Shown one piece after another: positions 31,360 through 39,929 of a stretch of 64,000 nucleotides of DNA. The stretch lies in the IMG/VR virus record IMGVR_UViG_3300030202_001666, positions 393 through 64,392 of that record, one strand, 5' to 3'. How positions within the stretch are numbered: position 1 is the first letter of the stretch; every line of letters begins with the position of its first letter. This stretch comes from a virus (lineage: Duplodnaviria > Caudoviricetes). The notes beneath the pieces are model-generated. The model searched no databases. It was not told the origin of the DNA and saw only the letters and a list, made by a program, of their open reading frames with translations. Both the position numbers and the translations under genes were made by a program.

Positions 31360-31576
31360 TACTTTTCTTTTTTTTAATTATACTTTTGCTTTTCTTTTTT
31401 GCATTTTTCATAAATGACTTCTGGTTTTTTCTAACTTTTCCACCAGATCTTTTCTGTCCTTCTTTATAAAAACCGTATAAAGTACTTGCTACTCCAATAG
31501 GACCGGCACGTTTAACTACTCTTGTTGCAACCTTTTTCGCCACAGCTTTTGCTAAACCTTTTTTATTTACTGGCAT
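31343..31576 (-). CDS. small basic protein
   Basis: K-rich amphipathic N-terminal helix. Confidence 0.6.
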   Translation of the reverse strand: MPVNKKGLAKAVAKKVATRVVKRAGPIGVASTLYGFYKEGQKRSGGKVRKNQKSFMKNAKKKSKSIIKKKKSNGKKR

Positions 31577-32034
31577 TATATAATTTTATATTTAGTTTTA
31601 CCTTCTTCTTTATATGCTTTCAAACATCTATTTCTATTCTCTTCTTCAGATACATACGAAACATGAATCCAATTAGGAGATACATCTGTACCAAACTCCC
31701 ATATAAGCTGATCAAAGTTTAAATTATCTTTAATCCAGTGATACATCTCAGCATTGGTTTTGTAGTTATATACATCATCCAAATCTAAAGCCTGTCCTTT
31801 ACAATGCTGACTGGAAGCTACCCCACCAATAGATTCATTCAAAGCTACCGATCTGAAAAACGAGTTAACTTTAATCGGTCCTCCTACCCATTCTCTCAAC
31901 GGTTCAAATATTTTTTCTGCCGTTACTTTCATTACTTCAACTTGTGAAGAATTAGGGGTGTTGTCTATTCCTTTTCTTTTAGCGGTGTTAGAATGAATAG
32001 CTTCTGCATAAGTAATATGTTGACTTATTTTCAT
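31576..32034 (-). CDS. endolysin, peptidase M15 family
   Basis: SFFRS..LN..IGG..SSQHCKGQALD and WIHVSY Zn-ligand motifs. Confidence 0.85.
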   Translation of the reverse strand: MKISQHITYAEAIHSNTAKRKGIDNTPNSSQVEVMKVTAEKIFEPLREWVGGPIKVNSFFRSVALNESIGGVASSQHCKGQALDLDDVYNYKTNAEMYHWIKDNLNFDQLIWEFGTDVSPNWIHVSYVSEEENRNRCLKAYKEEGKTKYKII

Positions 32035-33272
32035 AATTCAAGGTTAATTCCAAATGTTGATTTATATAATTCTGTATCCCAAAACTTAGTATACTCTCCT
32101 TCAATAAAAATACCTAACTTAGAAGTTAGATTCCAACCGAACATTAGTCCGAATTGCATATCATCCCACTGTTCAAGTTTAGAGTCTGGTTTTAATCCTC
32201 CCTTACCCCAATTGTTTCTATTTAAATAACTAACTGATTCATCTCCTTTAAAATAAGTGTGATATGGAAGAATATAATTTGCATAAGCATGACACCAGAA
32301 TTTATCAGTATAAGTATAATAATCAAATCCGACAATAGGGGCGTATTCAGCAAAAGCATCTAATAAATCCCATTGTTCATTATTGTATTGTAGCATTAAA
32401 TCTCCAAAGACTGTATTTCTAAACTCTAAATCACTATCAGCAACTATATTTCCATCTCCATCAATCCAATACCAGTCATATGTATTGTTGCCAAACTCGT
32501 CTTGTTGTGAATAATATATGTCATCGTAGCCATATAAAAAACCTAACTCATACCAGTAATTAACAGGATATTCTTCACCATTTATAATTTCTGTTTCATT
32601 TAACCATATTTCAATAGGATTATATCCATAAGCAGTTTGATGTGTACGTGCAATAATTCCAGCAGATATACTAAACTTTTTTCCTATTGGCAACCTTGCT
32701 CTTGCTTCTGCACTTTGATATTTAAATCCTACATTACCCTCTTCTCTGGATTCGATTTTAGCAATGTGATACTTACCCGTATGCCTAAGAAAGTAACGGT
32801 GATTTGAAAACACCTCACCTCGTTGTCTTTCTTTTTCAAAGTGAAACAAATACTCCCAACCATTTACAGCTGCCGTGGGAGCTGATAGTGCTACATTAGT
32901 TTCTGTTCCGTCATAGAAAGGCTTCTCTCTATTTTCATAGTCGAATCTTGCGATTCTCCTAATCCCAATTCCAAGTCTGTAATCGTGAGGAAAATATTCG
33001 GTAACATCAATAACTGTAGGTATATCATATAATCCTCCGTCTTCTGGAGGTCTAACAAAATAATCTTTTCTGGAAGTTTCATATGCATTTGAAATATCAC
33101 CAGCTACATATAGAGTTCCGTATTTAAAAAAATCTTTATAGATGTTTTTAAAAAAATTTTTTGTTTTATACTTTTTTACAATTTTGTTTTCTTGTTCTTT
33201 ATCAAAATCTATAACTTGAGTTTTAACATCAAAACACGTAAACAAAAAAATAATTAATAATATATATCTCAT
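32031..33272 (-). CDS. exported, putative outer-membrane beta-barrel protein
   Basis: N-terminal signal peptide; aromatic-rich alternating strands; ends GIFIEGEY...STFGINLEL. Confidence 0.55.
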   Translation of the reverse strand: MRYILLIIFLFTCFDVKTQVIDFDKEQENKIVKKYKTKNFFKNIYKDFFKYGTLYVAGDISNAYETSRKDYFVRPPEDGGLYDIPTVIDVTEYFPHDYRLGIGIRRIARFDYENREKPFYDGTETNVALSAPTAAVNGWEYLFHFEKERQRGEVFSNHRYFLRHTGKYHIAKIESREEGNVGFKYQSAEARARLPIGKKFSISAGIIARTHQTAYGYNPIEIWLNETEIINGEEYPVNYWYELGFLYGYDDIYYSQQDEFGNNTYDWYWIDGDGNIVADSDLEFRNTVFGDLMLQYNNEQWDLLDAFAEYAPIVGFDYYTYTDKFWCHAYANYILPYHTYFKGDESVSYLNRNNWGKGGLKPDSKLEQWDDMQFGLMFGWNLTSKLGIFIEGEYTKFWDTELYKSTFGINLEL

Positions 33273-33611
33273 TTAAAATTTATCTTTAACTAATTTGTCT
33301 ATTTCTTTTTGGATTAACTTTATAGAACCTTCAGGTAACTTCAAAGTTATATCACTCTCTACCTTTACTATAAGTTTTCTATTTTGATATAAACAAACAG
33401 TAGGTAAAAATTTTATTTTTTCCTTTTCAAAAATTTTAGGATGTTCCGATAAAGCTAAACGTAATAAGTCTGCTCCTTCTAATTTGCTAATATCTATTTC
33501 GTTAGCCTTAACGAAATCGGCAGAGTATTGTACAACAACAATACCGTCTTTATATGATTGAGCAAACGAAAGGGTTGGTATTAATAGTAATATAATAAAC
33601 CATAGTCTCAT
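33273..33611 (-). CDS. exported thioredoxin-like protein lacking CxxC
   Basis: signal peptide (SFA/Q); VVVQYSADF and IKFLPTVCLYQN resemble the Trx beta2 and cis-Pro regions. Confidence 0.5.
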   Translation of the reverse strand: MRLWFIILLLIPTLSFAQSYKDGIVVVQYSADFVKANEIDISKLEGADLLRLALSEHPKIFEKEKIKFLPTVCLYQNRKLIVKVESDITLKLPEGSIKLIQKEIDKLVKDKF

Positions 33612-33892
33612 CGTTCTTTTGTTATTTCGAAAATCCGATCCTCTAATTTACTTAGAGTTTCTTTCATTTCTTTTACATCTTCCTGAGTTGTCATAATAGC
33701 ATCACGTATTATTTGATCCTTATAAGTGAACTCAGTTTTAGTAACTTCTGGTTTTGGCATTTCCATTGCTTTCGCAATGTCAGCTTGAAGTACGAAATAC
33801 ATACTACATAGGGAGACAGTAAAGCCTACGATCATTGAGATTGTTTTTAAATCTAATGTAACTTTTGTGTCTTGTCCTATTTCTTGTGCCAT
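33608..33892 (-). CDS. single-TM coiled-coil membrane protein
   Basis: TM segment ISMIVGFTVSLCSMYFVL followed by a coiled coil. Confidence 0.6.
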   Translation of the reverse strand: MAQEIGQDTKVTLDLKTISMIVGFTVSLCSMYFVLQADIAKAMEMPKPEVTKTEFTYKDQIIRDAIMTTQEDVKEMKETLSKLEDRIFEITKER

Positions 33893-33893
33893 T

Positions 33894-34421
33894 TTACCAG
33901 ATTGCTATACAGTTATTATCGGCTACGTCAGTTGTTCCAGTTGCAAATAATTGAGTTATTTGTAAAGGAAGATACTCACCTACTGGAAAAGAACTAAATG
34001 TTATTATACTTCCAGCTACAGTTTTTACTTTTACGTCTACTCTTAATGTAGATGCATCATTAGAGCCTACATATAATAAACACCCTTCAGAACCATTAAT
34101 TCTTTGAGAACCATTTGGACCTCCCATAAAGATTAAGTAAACATCATTGGGTGCGTTTTTAAATATGTCTGCACTAAGACTAAGAATAGTTGAACTGTCT
34201 ACAGCAGTTACTGTAGCAGAAAAACCTGTTGCGGTATTATACACTATATCCCCAATACTCACTCCAGTAAAGTCAGCTGCAACTGCAACTAATTTACCTG
34301 CCGAGTCTGCGGAGTTAGGTCCAGTAAGGTTTGGTAATCCAGGGACTGGAATTGGAATTGTGTCACTGGCTATCACTTCAAGTGCTAATCCAGTATTGAC
34401 GGTTATTTTTGGGTATGCCAT
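33894..34421 (-). CDS. putative structural/decoration protein
   Basis: contains IGDIVYNT.TG..A.VTAVDS...LSLSA, also present in ring protein 10726..11721. Confidence 0.5.
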   Translation of the reverse strand: MAYPKITVNTGLALEVIASDTIPIPVPGLPNLTGPNSADSAGKLVAVAADFTGVSIGDIVYNTATGFSATVTAVDSSTILSLSADIFKNAPNDVYLIFMGGPNGSQRINGSEGCLLYVGSNDASTLRVDVKVKTVAGSIITFSSFPVGEYLPLQITQLFATGTTDVADNNCIAIW

Positions 34422-34450
34422 TTTTTTTAATTTAGAGGGTTAAAAATCTC

Positions 34451-34609
34451 TTATCTTTTGTATGGAAACATTCTATTGAGTGAATCCCTACGTTCATTGC
34501 ATCCGCAATTACCTTTAGTAACTTTGTCTACAACTTTTTTTATGCCAGTTGCTTTCGTGAATTTTTCTACTGTATCACCGAAACCTCTGGAAACTCTGGT
34601 TCTTTTCAT
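34451..34609 (-). CDS. small basic protein with CGC motif, missed by the track (52 aa)
   Basis: MKRTRVSRGFGDTVEKFTKATGIKKVVDKVTKGNCGCNERRDSLNRMFPYKR*. Confidence 0.7.
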   Translation of the reverse strand: MKRTRVSRGFGDTVEKFTKATGIKKVVDKVTKGNCGCNERRDSLNRMFPYKR

Positions 34610-34746
34610 TTTTTACAAATACATTCTGCCACAGGGCATTCGTTAACATCTACTATTAATTTGGATACTAATAAGTTCCACTTGCATAGAAATTTACACC
34701 ATGCTTTTTGTATCCAATATCCTATCTTTACAAAAAATTTTCCCAT
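34606..34746 (-). CDS. small Cys/Trp-rich amphipathic protein, missed by the track (46 aa)
   Basis: MGKFFVKIGYWIQKAWCKFLCKWNLLVSKLIVDVNECPVAECICKK*; ATGA-coupled. Confidence 0.6.
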   Translation of the reverse strand: MGKFFVKIGYWIQKAWCKFLCKWNLLVSKLIVDVNECPVAECICKK

Positions 34747-34932
34747 TTATTTTTTTAATTTATTTAAATCAGGAGGCAACCTATCTATTCTTCTCGGAAT
34801 ATACGGCATTTCAATATGTGAAGGTGTCGCTTTTATTTCCGTAGGCTTATTCTCCTTTTTTGCTTTTATTATACTTTCTTTTTTTGCAACTACCTTTTTT
34901 TTAGGTGTTGCTTTTTTTTTGCTTTTTGCCAT
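34747..34932 (-). CDS. small basic protein
   Basis: histone H1-like KKATPKKK start. Confidence 0.6.
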   Translation of the reverse strand: MAKSKKKATPKKKVVAKKESIIKAKKENKPTEIKATPSHIEMPYIPRRIDRLPPDLNKLKK

Positions 34933-34947
34933 TTAATTTAAATTTAA

Positions 34948-35109
34948 TTACTTTCTTTTTGCCTTACCCTTTACTCTTTTGAGTTTTGGGTTTTTTCTTT
35001 TAGCCTTGGCACTTGCTTTTCTTGAAGCCGAAGCTAAAATAGCTGAGGCTGCTTTTTTGGAGTATCCTCCTTTTCTTGCAATTTTGGCTGCTACTTTTTT
35101 AAAACTCAT
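34948..35109 (-). CDS. small basic protein missed by the track (53 aa)
   Basis: MSFKKVAAKIARKGGYSKKAASAILASASRKASAKAKRKNPKLKRVKGKAKRK*. Confidence 0.7.
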   Translation of the reverse strand: MSFKKVAAKIARKGGYSKKAASAILASASRKASAKAKRKNPKLKRVKGKAKRK

Positions 35110-35112
35110 AGC

Positions 35113-35313
35113 TTATTTTCTAAAACTGTGCTTATGAATCTTTTGTACGTGTCTGTAAGACATTCCTTTGTCAGCACCATATGCGTGTCCGTATTTTTTC
35201 TTGGACATTGCTTTGCTTTCGTCTCTTCTATCTTTGAAAGATTGAGAGTGTTTTCCTTTATGTCTTCCACCTAATGATTCGTCAAGACGTGAGTTATAAC
35301 CTTGCTTTTTCAT
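35113..35313 (-). CDS. small basic protein
   Basis: KQGYNSRLDESLG...QSFKDRRDESKAM. Confidence 0.65.
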   Translation of the reverse strand: MKKQGYNSRLDESLGGRHKGKHSQSFKDRRDESKAMSKKKYGHAYGADKGMSYRHVQKIHKHSFRK

Positions 35314-35343
35314 AATTTAAAATTTGTTAATTAATAATAAGAA

Positions 35344-35351
35344 CAAAGATA
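35344..35351 (-). promoter_or_regulatory. -7 promoter element TATCTTTG
   Basis: TAnnTTTG match in a gap inside the basic-protein array. Confidence 0.6.
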
Positions 35352-35372
35352 ATAATAAAAATATATTATTAT

Positions 35373-35690
35373 TTAGTTCCATCTGCCATCAAACTCTCTA
35401 CGTTTTTGTCCACGTATAGAATCTAATTTTTTCTTATAGGCTCTTTTTTCTTTTCTTTTACGTAAAGCCTTTTTAATAATACTTTCCTTTTTCTTTTTCG
35501 GTTTAGTTTTTTTAGTAGTGCTTAACTTTTTAGGACCAAGACTTTTCATCTTAGCCATGCTCTTAACTTTTCCTGCACCAGAAGGTTTGGTTCTGGATTT
35601 GGATTTGCTTACTTTCTTTTTTCTACCTAAAGCATTAACCGAAACAAAAGTTTCGTTTTTCTTTAACAATTTATTTTTTCTGTCTGGCAT
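35373..35690 (-). CDS. small basic protein
   Basis: 105 aa, extremely Lys-rich. Confidence 0.6.
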   Translation of the reverse strand: MPDRKNKLLKKNETFVSVNALGRKKKVSKSKSRTKPSGAGKVKSMAKMKSLGPKKLSTTKKTKPKKKKESIIKKALRKRKEKRAYKKKLDSIRGQKRREFDGRWN

Positions 35691-35926
35691 TAGTTTCTTC
35701 TTCTTCTTCTTCTTCCTCTTCCAGAAGATGGATTAACTGCACATCCTACAACCTTACGGCCTCTGTATATTCTGTTCTTACGAGAACAACCTCTTGCTTT
35801 GCCTTCAAGTTTTCTGGCTTTATCAAGTTTGCGTTCCATTTTTTTGATCTTACCTTTGCCTCTGGCCTTATTAGCTTGATCGTACTTTTTATCTGCTCTA
35901 CGCATTAACCTTTCGTATCTTGGCAT
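35690..35926 (-). CDS. small basic, protamine-like protein
   Basis: Arg-rich, ends GRGRRRRRRN. Confidence 0.6.
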   Translation of the reverse strand: MPRYERLMRRADKKYDQANKARGKGKIKKMERKLDKARKLEGKARGCSRKNRIYRGRKVVGCAVNPSSGRGRRRRRRN

Positions 35927-35932
35927 AATTTT

Positions 35933-36220
35933 TTATTTTTTTAGTTTTCTACTTGCTTTACTTATTTTTCTTTTAGCAGCAACTCTTTTTCTTGCCGCAG
36001 ATTTATAAAGTCGATTAATTTCGGAAACCTTCTTTCTGTCAGAAACAGAAAGTCCTTTTAATTTTTTAGTTCGGAGCACCTCGTATTTTTTTGCACCAAG
36101 TTTCTTTTTAAGCTGTGAAGCTAATGTATTTCTTTTAATATCTTTTTTGTCAGCCTTCATAGATTTTCTACTTGCTGCGTTTAATTTACGAACTGCTTTT
36201 TTTGTTTTATGTCCTGGCAT
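35933..36220 (-). CDS. small basic protein
   Basis: K/R/A-rich helical. Confidence 0.6.
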   Translation of the reverse strand: MPGHKTKKAVRKLNAASRKSMKADKKDIKRNTLASQLKKKLGAKKYEVLRTKKLKGLSVSDRKKVSEINRLYKSAARKRVAAKRKISKASRKLKK

Positions 36221-36585
36221 TATGATCTTTTTTTACGTTTTGGATAACTTCTTTTTGCTGTAACTGCTTTAGCTACATTCTGTATTCCTTTAGCTGCTTT
36301 ACTTACACTGCCTTTTTTAATTGCACTGTATGTAGACGCGGCTGCCGTGGCTATCTTGCCCAGCTTACTTCCTTTGATTCTGTCTACTTTCTTTTTAACT
36401 TTAGCGGCTGCTTTTTTAACTTTACCTACAGCTCTACCTGATCCTGTCTTGCCAGTCTTAATAATTTTACCAGCTCTTTTGGATAAACGTGCAGCTTTAT
36501 TAGCTTTACCTTTAACTGCTGCTTTTGTAGTTTTTTTTCTTAGTTTGCTTAACCTGCGTTTAGCGGCTTTTGTCATTGTCGGCAT
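36220..36585 (-). CDS. histone H1-like basic protein
   Basis: 121 aa K/A-rich, almost no acidic residues. Confidence 0.6.
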   Translation of the reverse strand: MPTMTKAAKRRLSKLRKKTTKAAVKGKANKAARLSKRAGKIIKTGKTGSGRAVGKVKKAAAKVKKKVDRIKGSKLGKIATAAASTYSAIKKGSVSKAAKGIQNVAKAVTAKRSYPKRKKRS

Positions 36586-36586
36586 A

Positions 36587-36694
36587 TTAGTATTTTTTAG
36601 ATTTTACTTTCTTACCTACTTTCTTAGCGTAACTTTTTGCAGCTTTTTTTCCTTTAGCTGTATACGAAAACTTTTTCTTTCCTACTTGCGGCAT
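36587..36694 (-). CDS. small basic protein missed by the track (35 aa), first gene of the operon
   Basis: MPQVGKKKFSYTAKGKKAAKSYAKKVGKKVKSKKY*. Confidence 0.65.
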   Translation of the reverse strand: MPQVGKKKFSYTAKGKKAAKSYAKKVGKKVKSKKY

Positions 36695-36712
36695 GATATT
36701 TTTATTTTAAGT

Positions 36713-36731
36713 TATATTTGTAACAAAGATA
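36713..36731. promoter_or_regulatory. face-to-face pair of -7 elements: TATATTTG (+, 36713-36720) and TATCTTTG (-, 36724-36731)
   Basis: near-palindrome TATATTTG-TAA-CAAAGATA between divergent genes. Confidence 0.65.
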
Positions 36732-36744
36732 CAAATTAATTCTA

Positions 36745-37209
36745 ATGAAATTTAAAGGCGTAACAAACCGATCAAGGACCTCACGCACAAAACCTAATCA
36801 CGATTATTTAAAATACTGGCGTGTCATAAGGTACTGGGTAAAAGCTAAATACAAGTTAGGCACTCCAGAACTTGAAATGCTTTTGTTTCTATACAGTGAA
36901 CAAATTTTTAATAAAAGCCAATTCAAACATTATGAAGAATTAATGTCTTGGGATATAAAAAGATTTAATTATTTACTAAAAGAAGATTGGATACATGTAT
37001 GGAGAAAGCGTAAAGGAAATGAAACAACTTTATATGAATTAACGTATAAAGGAAAAAGAGTAATCAATACTATTTATAAAAAATTAAATGGTGAAGAGAT
37101 TGCCGAGACCTCAACAAATAATCCCCTATTTAGATTCGATGCTTCCTATATGGATAAAGTTTATAGGAATATGATTGTAGAAATGAATCAAGAAATCAAA
37201 CAACAATAA
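36745..37209 (+). CDS. winged-helix (MarR-like) DNA-binding protein
   Basis: LGTPELEMLLFL...LLKEDWI...YELTYKGK wHTH pattern; the only convincing plus-strand gene in the late region. Confidence 0.6.
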   Translation: MKFKGVTNRSRTSRTKPNHDYLKYWRVIRYWVKAKYKLGTPELEMLLFLYSEQIFNKSQFKHYEELMSWDIKRFNYLLKEDWIHVWRKRKGNETTLYELTYKGKRVINTIYKKLNGEEIAETSTNNPLFRFDASYMDKVYRNMIVEMNQEIKQQ

Positions 37210-37453
37210 CTACGTTTCTTTCTTCTATTATTGTAAATGTTTCATCTTCTATTAGCATAGAATGTCCAGATGATTTGTCATAGTAAATAGTGTCACCTTC
37301 TTTAATTACTTCAACTCTATTACCTGGATTAATTACTTTACCCTTGTGGTATCTAAAAGATTCAACATCTGCACTGGATAATAAAAGTCCAGAATCCGTT
37401 TTGTACTCTTCGTTTATTTTTTTAATTACTATGTATTTACCTATTGCCTGCAT
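37196..37453 (-). CDS. groES: co-chaperonin GroES
   Basis: IGKYIVIK...TDSGLLLS mobile loop, GKVINPG, IKEGDTIYY. Confidence 0.85.
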   Translation of the reverse strand: MQAIGKYIVIKKINEEYKTDSGLLLSSADVESFRYHKGKVINPGNRVEVIKEGDTIYYDKSSGHSMLIEDETFTIIEERNVVIVV

Positions 37454-37643
37454 GTCTTCTATCTAATTCTTTTTTTATAACTGATTTTTTTCTTTTATAA
37501 GATGGGTTAGTATAATATTTTTCCAGTTCTTCTGTAGATGTACTGGCAATAGTATAATGTTTCCATCTCCACTTCTGCATCATCCTACCATTTGCATCTC
37601 TTTGGTATTCTTTAGTGCTTGGCTTTAATTTAGGAGACGACAT
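37437..37643 (-). CDS. hypothetical protein
   Basis: 68 aa ORF overlapping the groES start. Confidence 0.5.
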   Translation of the reverse strand: MSSPKLKPSTKEYQRDANGRMMQKWRWKHYTIASTSTEELEKYYTNPSYKRKKSVIKKELDRRHAGNR

Positions 37644-37758
37644 TTTTTTCTTTGTATTTAATTATTCTATATCCTCTGGACTCTAAATACTTTATGTACT
37701 CATCTTCTTTTTCTTTTTCTTTTCTGAAAGAACAAAATATTTCATTGTAAATTGGCAT
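37630..37758 (-). CDS. hypothetical protein missed by the track (42 aa)
   Basis: MPIYNEIFCSFRKEKEKEDEYIKYLESRGYRIIKYKEKNVVS*; fills the gap after groEL. Confidence 0.45.
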   Translation of the reverse strand: MPIYNEIFCSFRKEKEKEDEYIKYLESRGYRIIKYKEKNVVS

Positions 37759-37763
37759 AACTT

Positions 37764-39389
37764 TTATTTTTTAGTTTCTTCTCTATTTCCAATACGTGCA
37801 TGTGTAACAATTGCGTTAGTGCTTAGTATTGTTGTTGCTACAGAAACTGCATTAATAAGTGCATTCTTTGTAACCTTTAATGGATCAATGATTCCCATTT
37901 TGAACATATCTCCATACTCTTCGTTCTTAACATCATAACCGTAGTTCTTTGTTCCGTAAGGACCTACGCCTAAATTTAATGTTACTGACTCAATATCTTT
38001 TCCTGCATTAATTAATATTTGGTGCAGTGGTGATCTTATTGCTTCACATATTATATCTACTGCTGCATTGTAATCTTCATTGTCTGATCTATCTGCATCT
38101 AAGTCAACAGCTATTTTCCATAATGCTAATCCACCCCCAGGTATTATACCTTCTTCAAGAGCTGAACGAACAGCACACACCGAGTCATCGACTCGGTCAA
38201 ATTTTTCTTTTTGTTCAACGTCAGAGTTTCCACCTACATATATACAACCGATAGCTCCAGCTAAACTTGCTATTCTTTGATTTATAAATTCAATCTCTGC
38301 TGGTCCAGTACAATTACTTTGGTATTCCTTCAGTTCTTGAATACGATTATCAATCTCTTCAGTTAGTGCAGCGTGTTTGATAATAACAGATGAGTTCTTT
38401 CCTACTATTATTTTATCTGCGTATCCAAGATCAGATGGTTGTATTAAACTTAAATCGTCCCCAGTTTTTTCTGAATAGTATTTTGCTCCAACAGATATTG
38501 CAATGTCTTGCATTAGTTCATGTTGTTTATATCCGAAGTTAGGAGGGATGATGTTACACAACTTTAATCCGTTTCGCATAACATTCGCGGCTAAAGTATT
38601 TATAACATTAGTGGAACACGTTCCAATAATTAATAGCTTTTGGTTTTTTTGAATGATTGGTTTTAAAACATTTTCGATTTGTAGTATGTTACTAATCTCA
38701 GTATCACAAACTAATACTTTCACATCTTCCAATATACATTCGTCTTTACGTTGGTTATTTATAAATAGGTTTGAAGTGTAACCTCTATCAATTCTAATTC
38801 CGTTTGTTACTTCCGCGTATGTCTCGGCATTCATAGATTTTTCTACAGTAACAATTCCACTATGACCAACACGGTTGTATGCATCAGAAATAATCTTACC
38901 AATTTCTTTATCACCGTTGGCAGATATAGAAGCAACATCTAATAGTCGAGACTTAGTAATCTTCTTTGATTGTTTTTTTAATTTCGCTAATACTTCCTGG
39001 GTTAATTTATTTATATGTTTTATAACTTCAGTAACATTATGTTTTGGTTTTAAAATTTTATCCCCAGCTTTAATAATGTTTTCAGTTAACACAATTGCAG
39101 TAGTCGTTCCATCACCCGCAACATTGGCAGTACGAAGTGCTGCATCCTTCATCATTTGGATTGCTAAGTTTTCTACGGCATCATCTAAGTATACCGAGTG
39201 TGCAACTGTGACTCCGTCTTTAGTAATTGTTATTCCCGCTAAGTGATCTGTGGATTCTATTAGTACAGTTTTCCCGCGTGGGCCGAGTGTACTCTTTACG
39301 GCTTTAGAAATTTTAGAGATTCCTGAAATTAATTTTTCTCGCCCTTCCTTACCGAAGTCGAGATTCTTTGGTATATATCCTTGTGACAT
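37764..39389 (-). CDS. groEL: chaperonin GroEL (phage-encoded)
   Basis: STLGPRG, ITKDGVTVA, AGDGTTTA, GIIPGGG and GIIDPLKV motifs; no GGM tail. Confidence 0.95.
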   Translation of the reverse strand: MSQGYIPKNLDFGKEGREKLISGISKISKAVKSTLGPRGKTVLIESTDHLAGITITKDGVTVAHSVYLDDAVENLAIQMMKDAALRTANVAGDGTTTAIVLTENIIKAGDKILKPKHNVTEVIKHINKLTQEVLAKLKKQSKKITKSRLLDVASISANGDKEIGKIISDAYNRVGHSGIVTVEKSMNAETYAEVTNGIRIDRGYTSNLFINNQRKDECILEDVKVLVCDTEISNILQIENVLKPIIQKNQKLLIIGTCSTNVINTLAANVMRNGLKLCNIIPPNFGYKQHELMQDIAISVGAKYYSEKTGDDLSLIQPSDLGYADKIIVGKNSSVIIKHAALTEEIDNRIQELKEYQSNCTGPAEIEFINQRIASLAGAIGCIYVGGNSDVEQKEKFDRVDDSVCAVRSALEEGIIPGGGLALWKIAVDLDADRSDNEDYNAAVDIICEAIRSPLHQILINAGKDIESVTLNLGVGPYGTKNYGYDVKNEEYGDMFKMGIIDPLKVTKNALINAVSVATTILSTNAIVTHARIGNREETKK

Positions 39390-39418
39390 TATAGTGAAAT
39401 TAATTTAAATTAGTTAAG

Positions 39419-39426
39419 CAAATATA
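39419..39426 (-). promoter_or_regulatory. -7 promoter element TATATTTG for groEL
   Basis: TAnnTTTG match 30 nt upstream of the ATG. Confidence 0.6.
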
Positions 39427-39439
39427 TAAAATATAATTT

Positions 39440-39640
39440 ACTCTTTGTGTTTGTTATGTTTGTTTTTTTTTATTTATATAGATATATATATTTATTAACA
39501 CATATATATATTTATCCCTACTCTTTTTATTATTAAAATGAGCATTTTGAACATAAATAAAATAAAGTATTGATTATCAGTTATTTAACTTGTGTTCGTT
39601 TTAAATAAAATAAACACAACTGTGTTTGATACAAACATTA
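39440..39640. repeat. AT-rich origin-like element, copy 1
   Basis: TGTGTT/AACA-type motifs flanking an AT tract; shares 15-mer and 19-mer blocks with 47700-47887. Confidence 0.5.
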
Positions 39641-39713
39641 ATTACAAAAAAAAAGGAAGCTCAACATGAACCTCCTCTTTTCGCATGATCAAAACAGAAC
39701 AATCGGGAAAGTT

Positions 39714-39929
39714 TTAAAACTCGTAAATATCTTTGTCACCATCCATTCGCATCTTGGCTCTTTCGATACCATCTGCTATACAGTCGATCTTGTATTGTTT
39801 TTTCATTTGCTGTCTATACATAGCAGCTTGTTCAATACCAGACTTACCTGGTGCAAGTTGATAGTTTACCAGTCTGCCGTCTTTGATGTATAATCCATCG
39901 CTAACTTGAAATGCTTTTTTTAGTGCCAT
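39714..39929 (-). CDS. hypothetical protein
   Basis: 71 aa with an upstream TATCTTTA promoter variant and a weak downstream hairpin/U-tract. Confidence 0.55.
   Translation of the reverse strand: MALKKAFQVSDGLYIKDGRLVNYQLAPGKSGIEQAAMYRQQMKKQYKIDCIADGIERAKMRMDGDKDIYEF

Noticed and set aside
36347-36739. Hydrophobic plus-strand ORFs opposite the basic array (also 35518..35736 and 34661..34936)
   Set aside because: Leu/Phe-rich antisense shadows of Lys-rich genes
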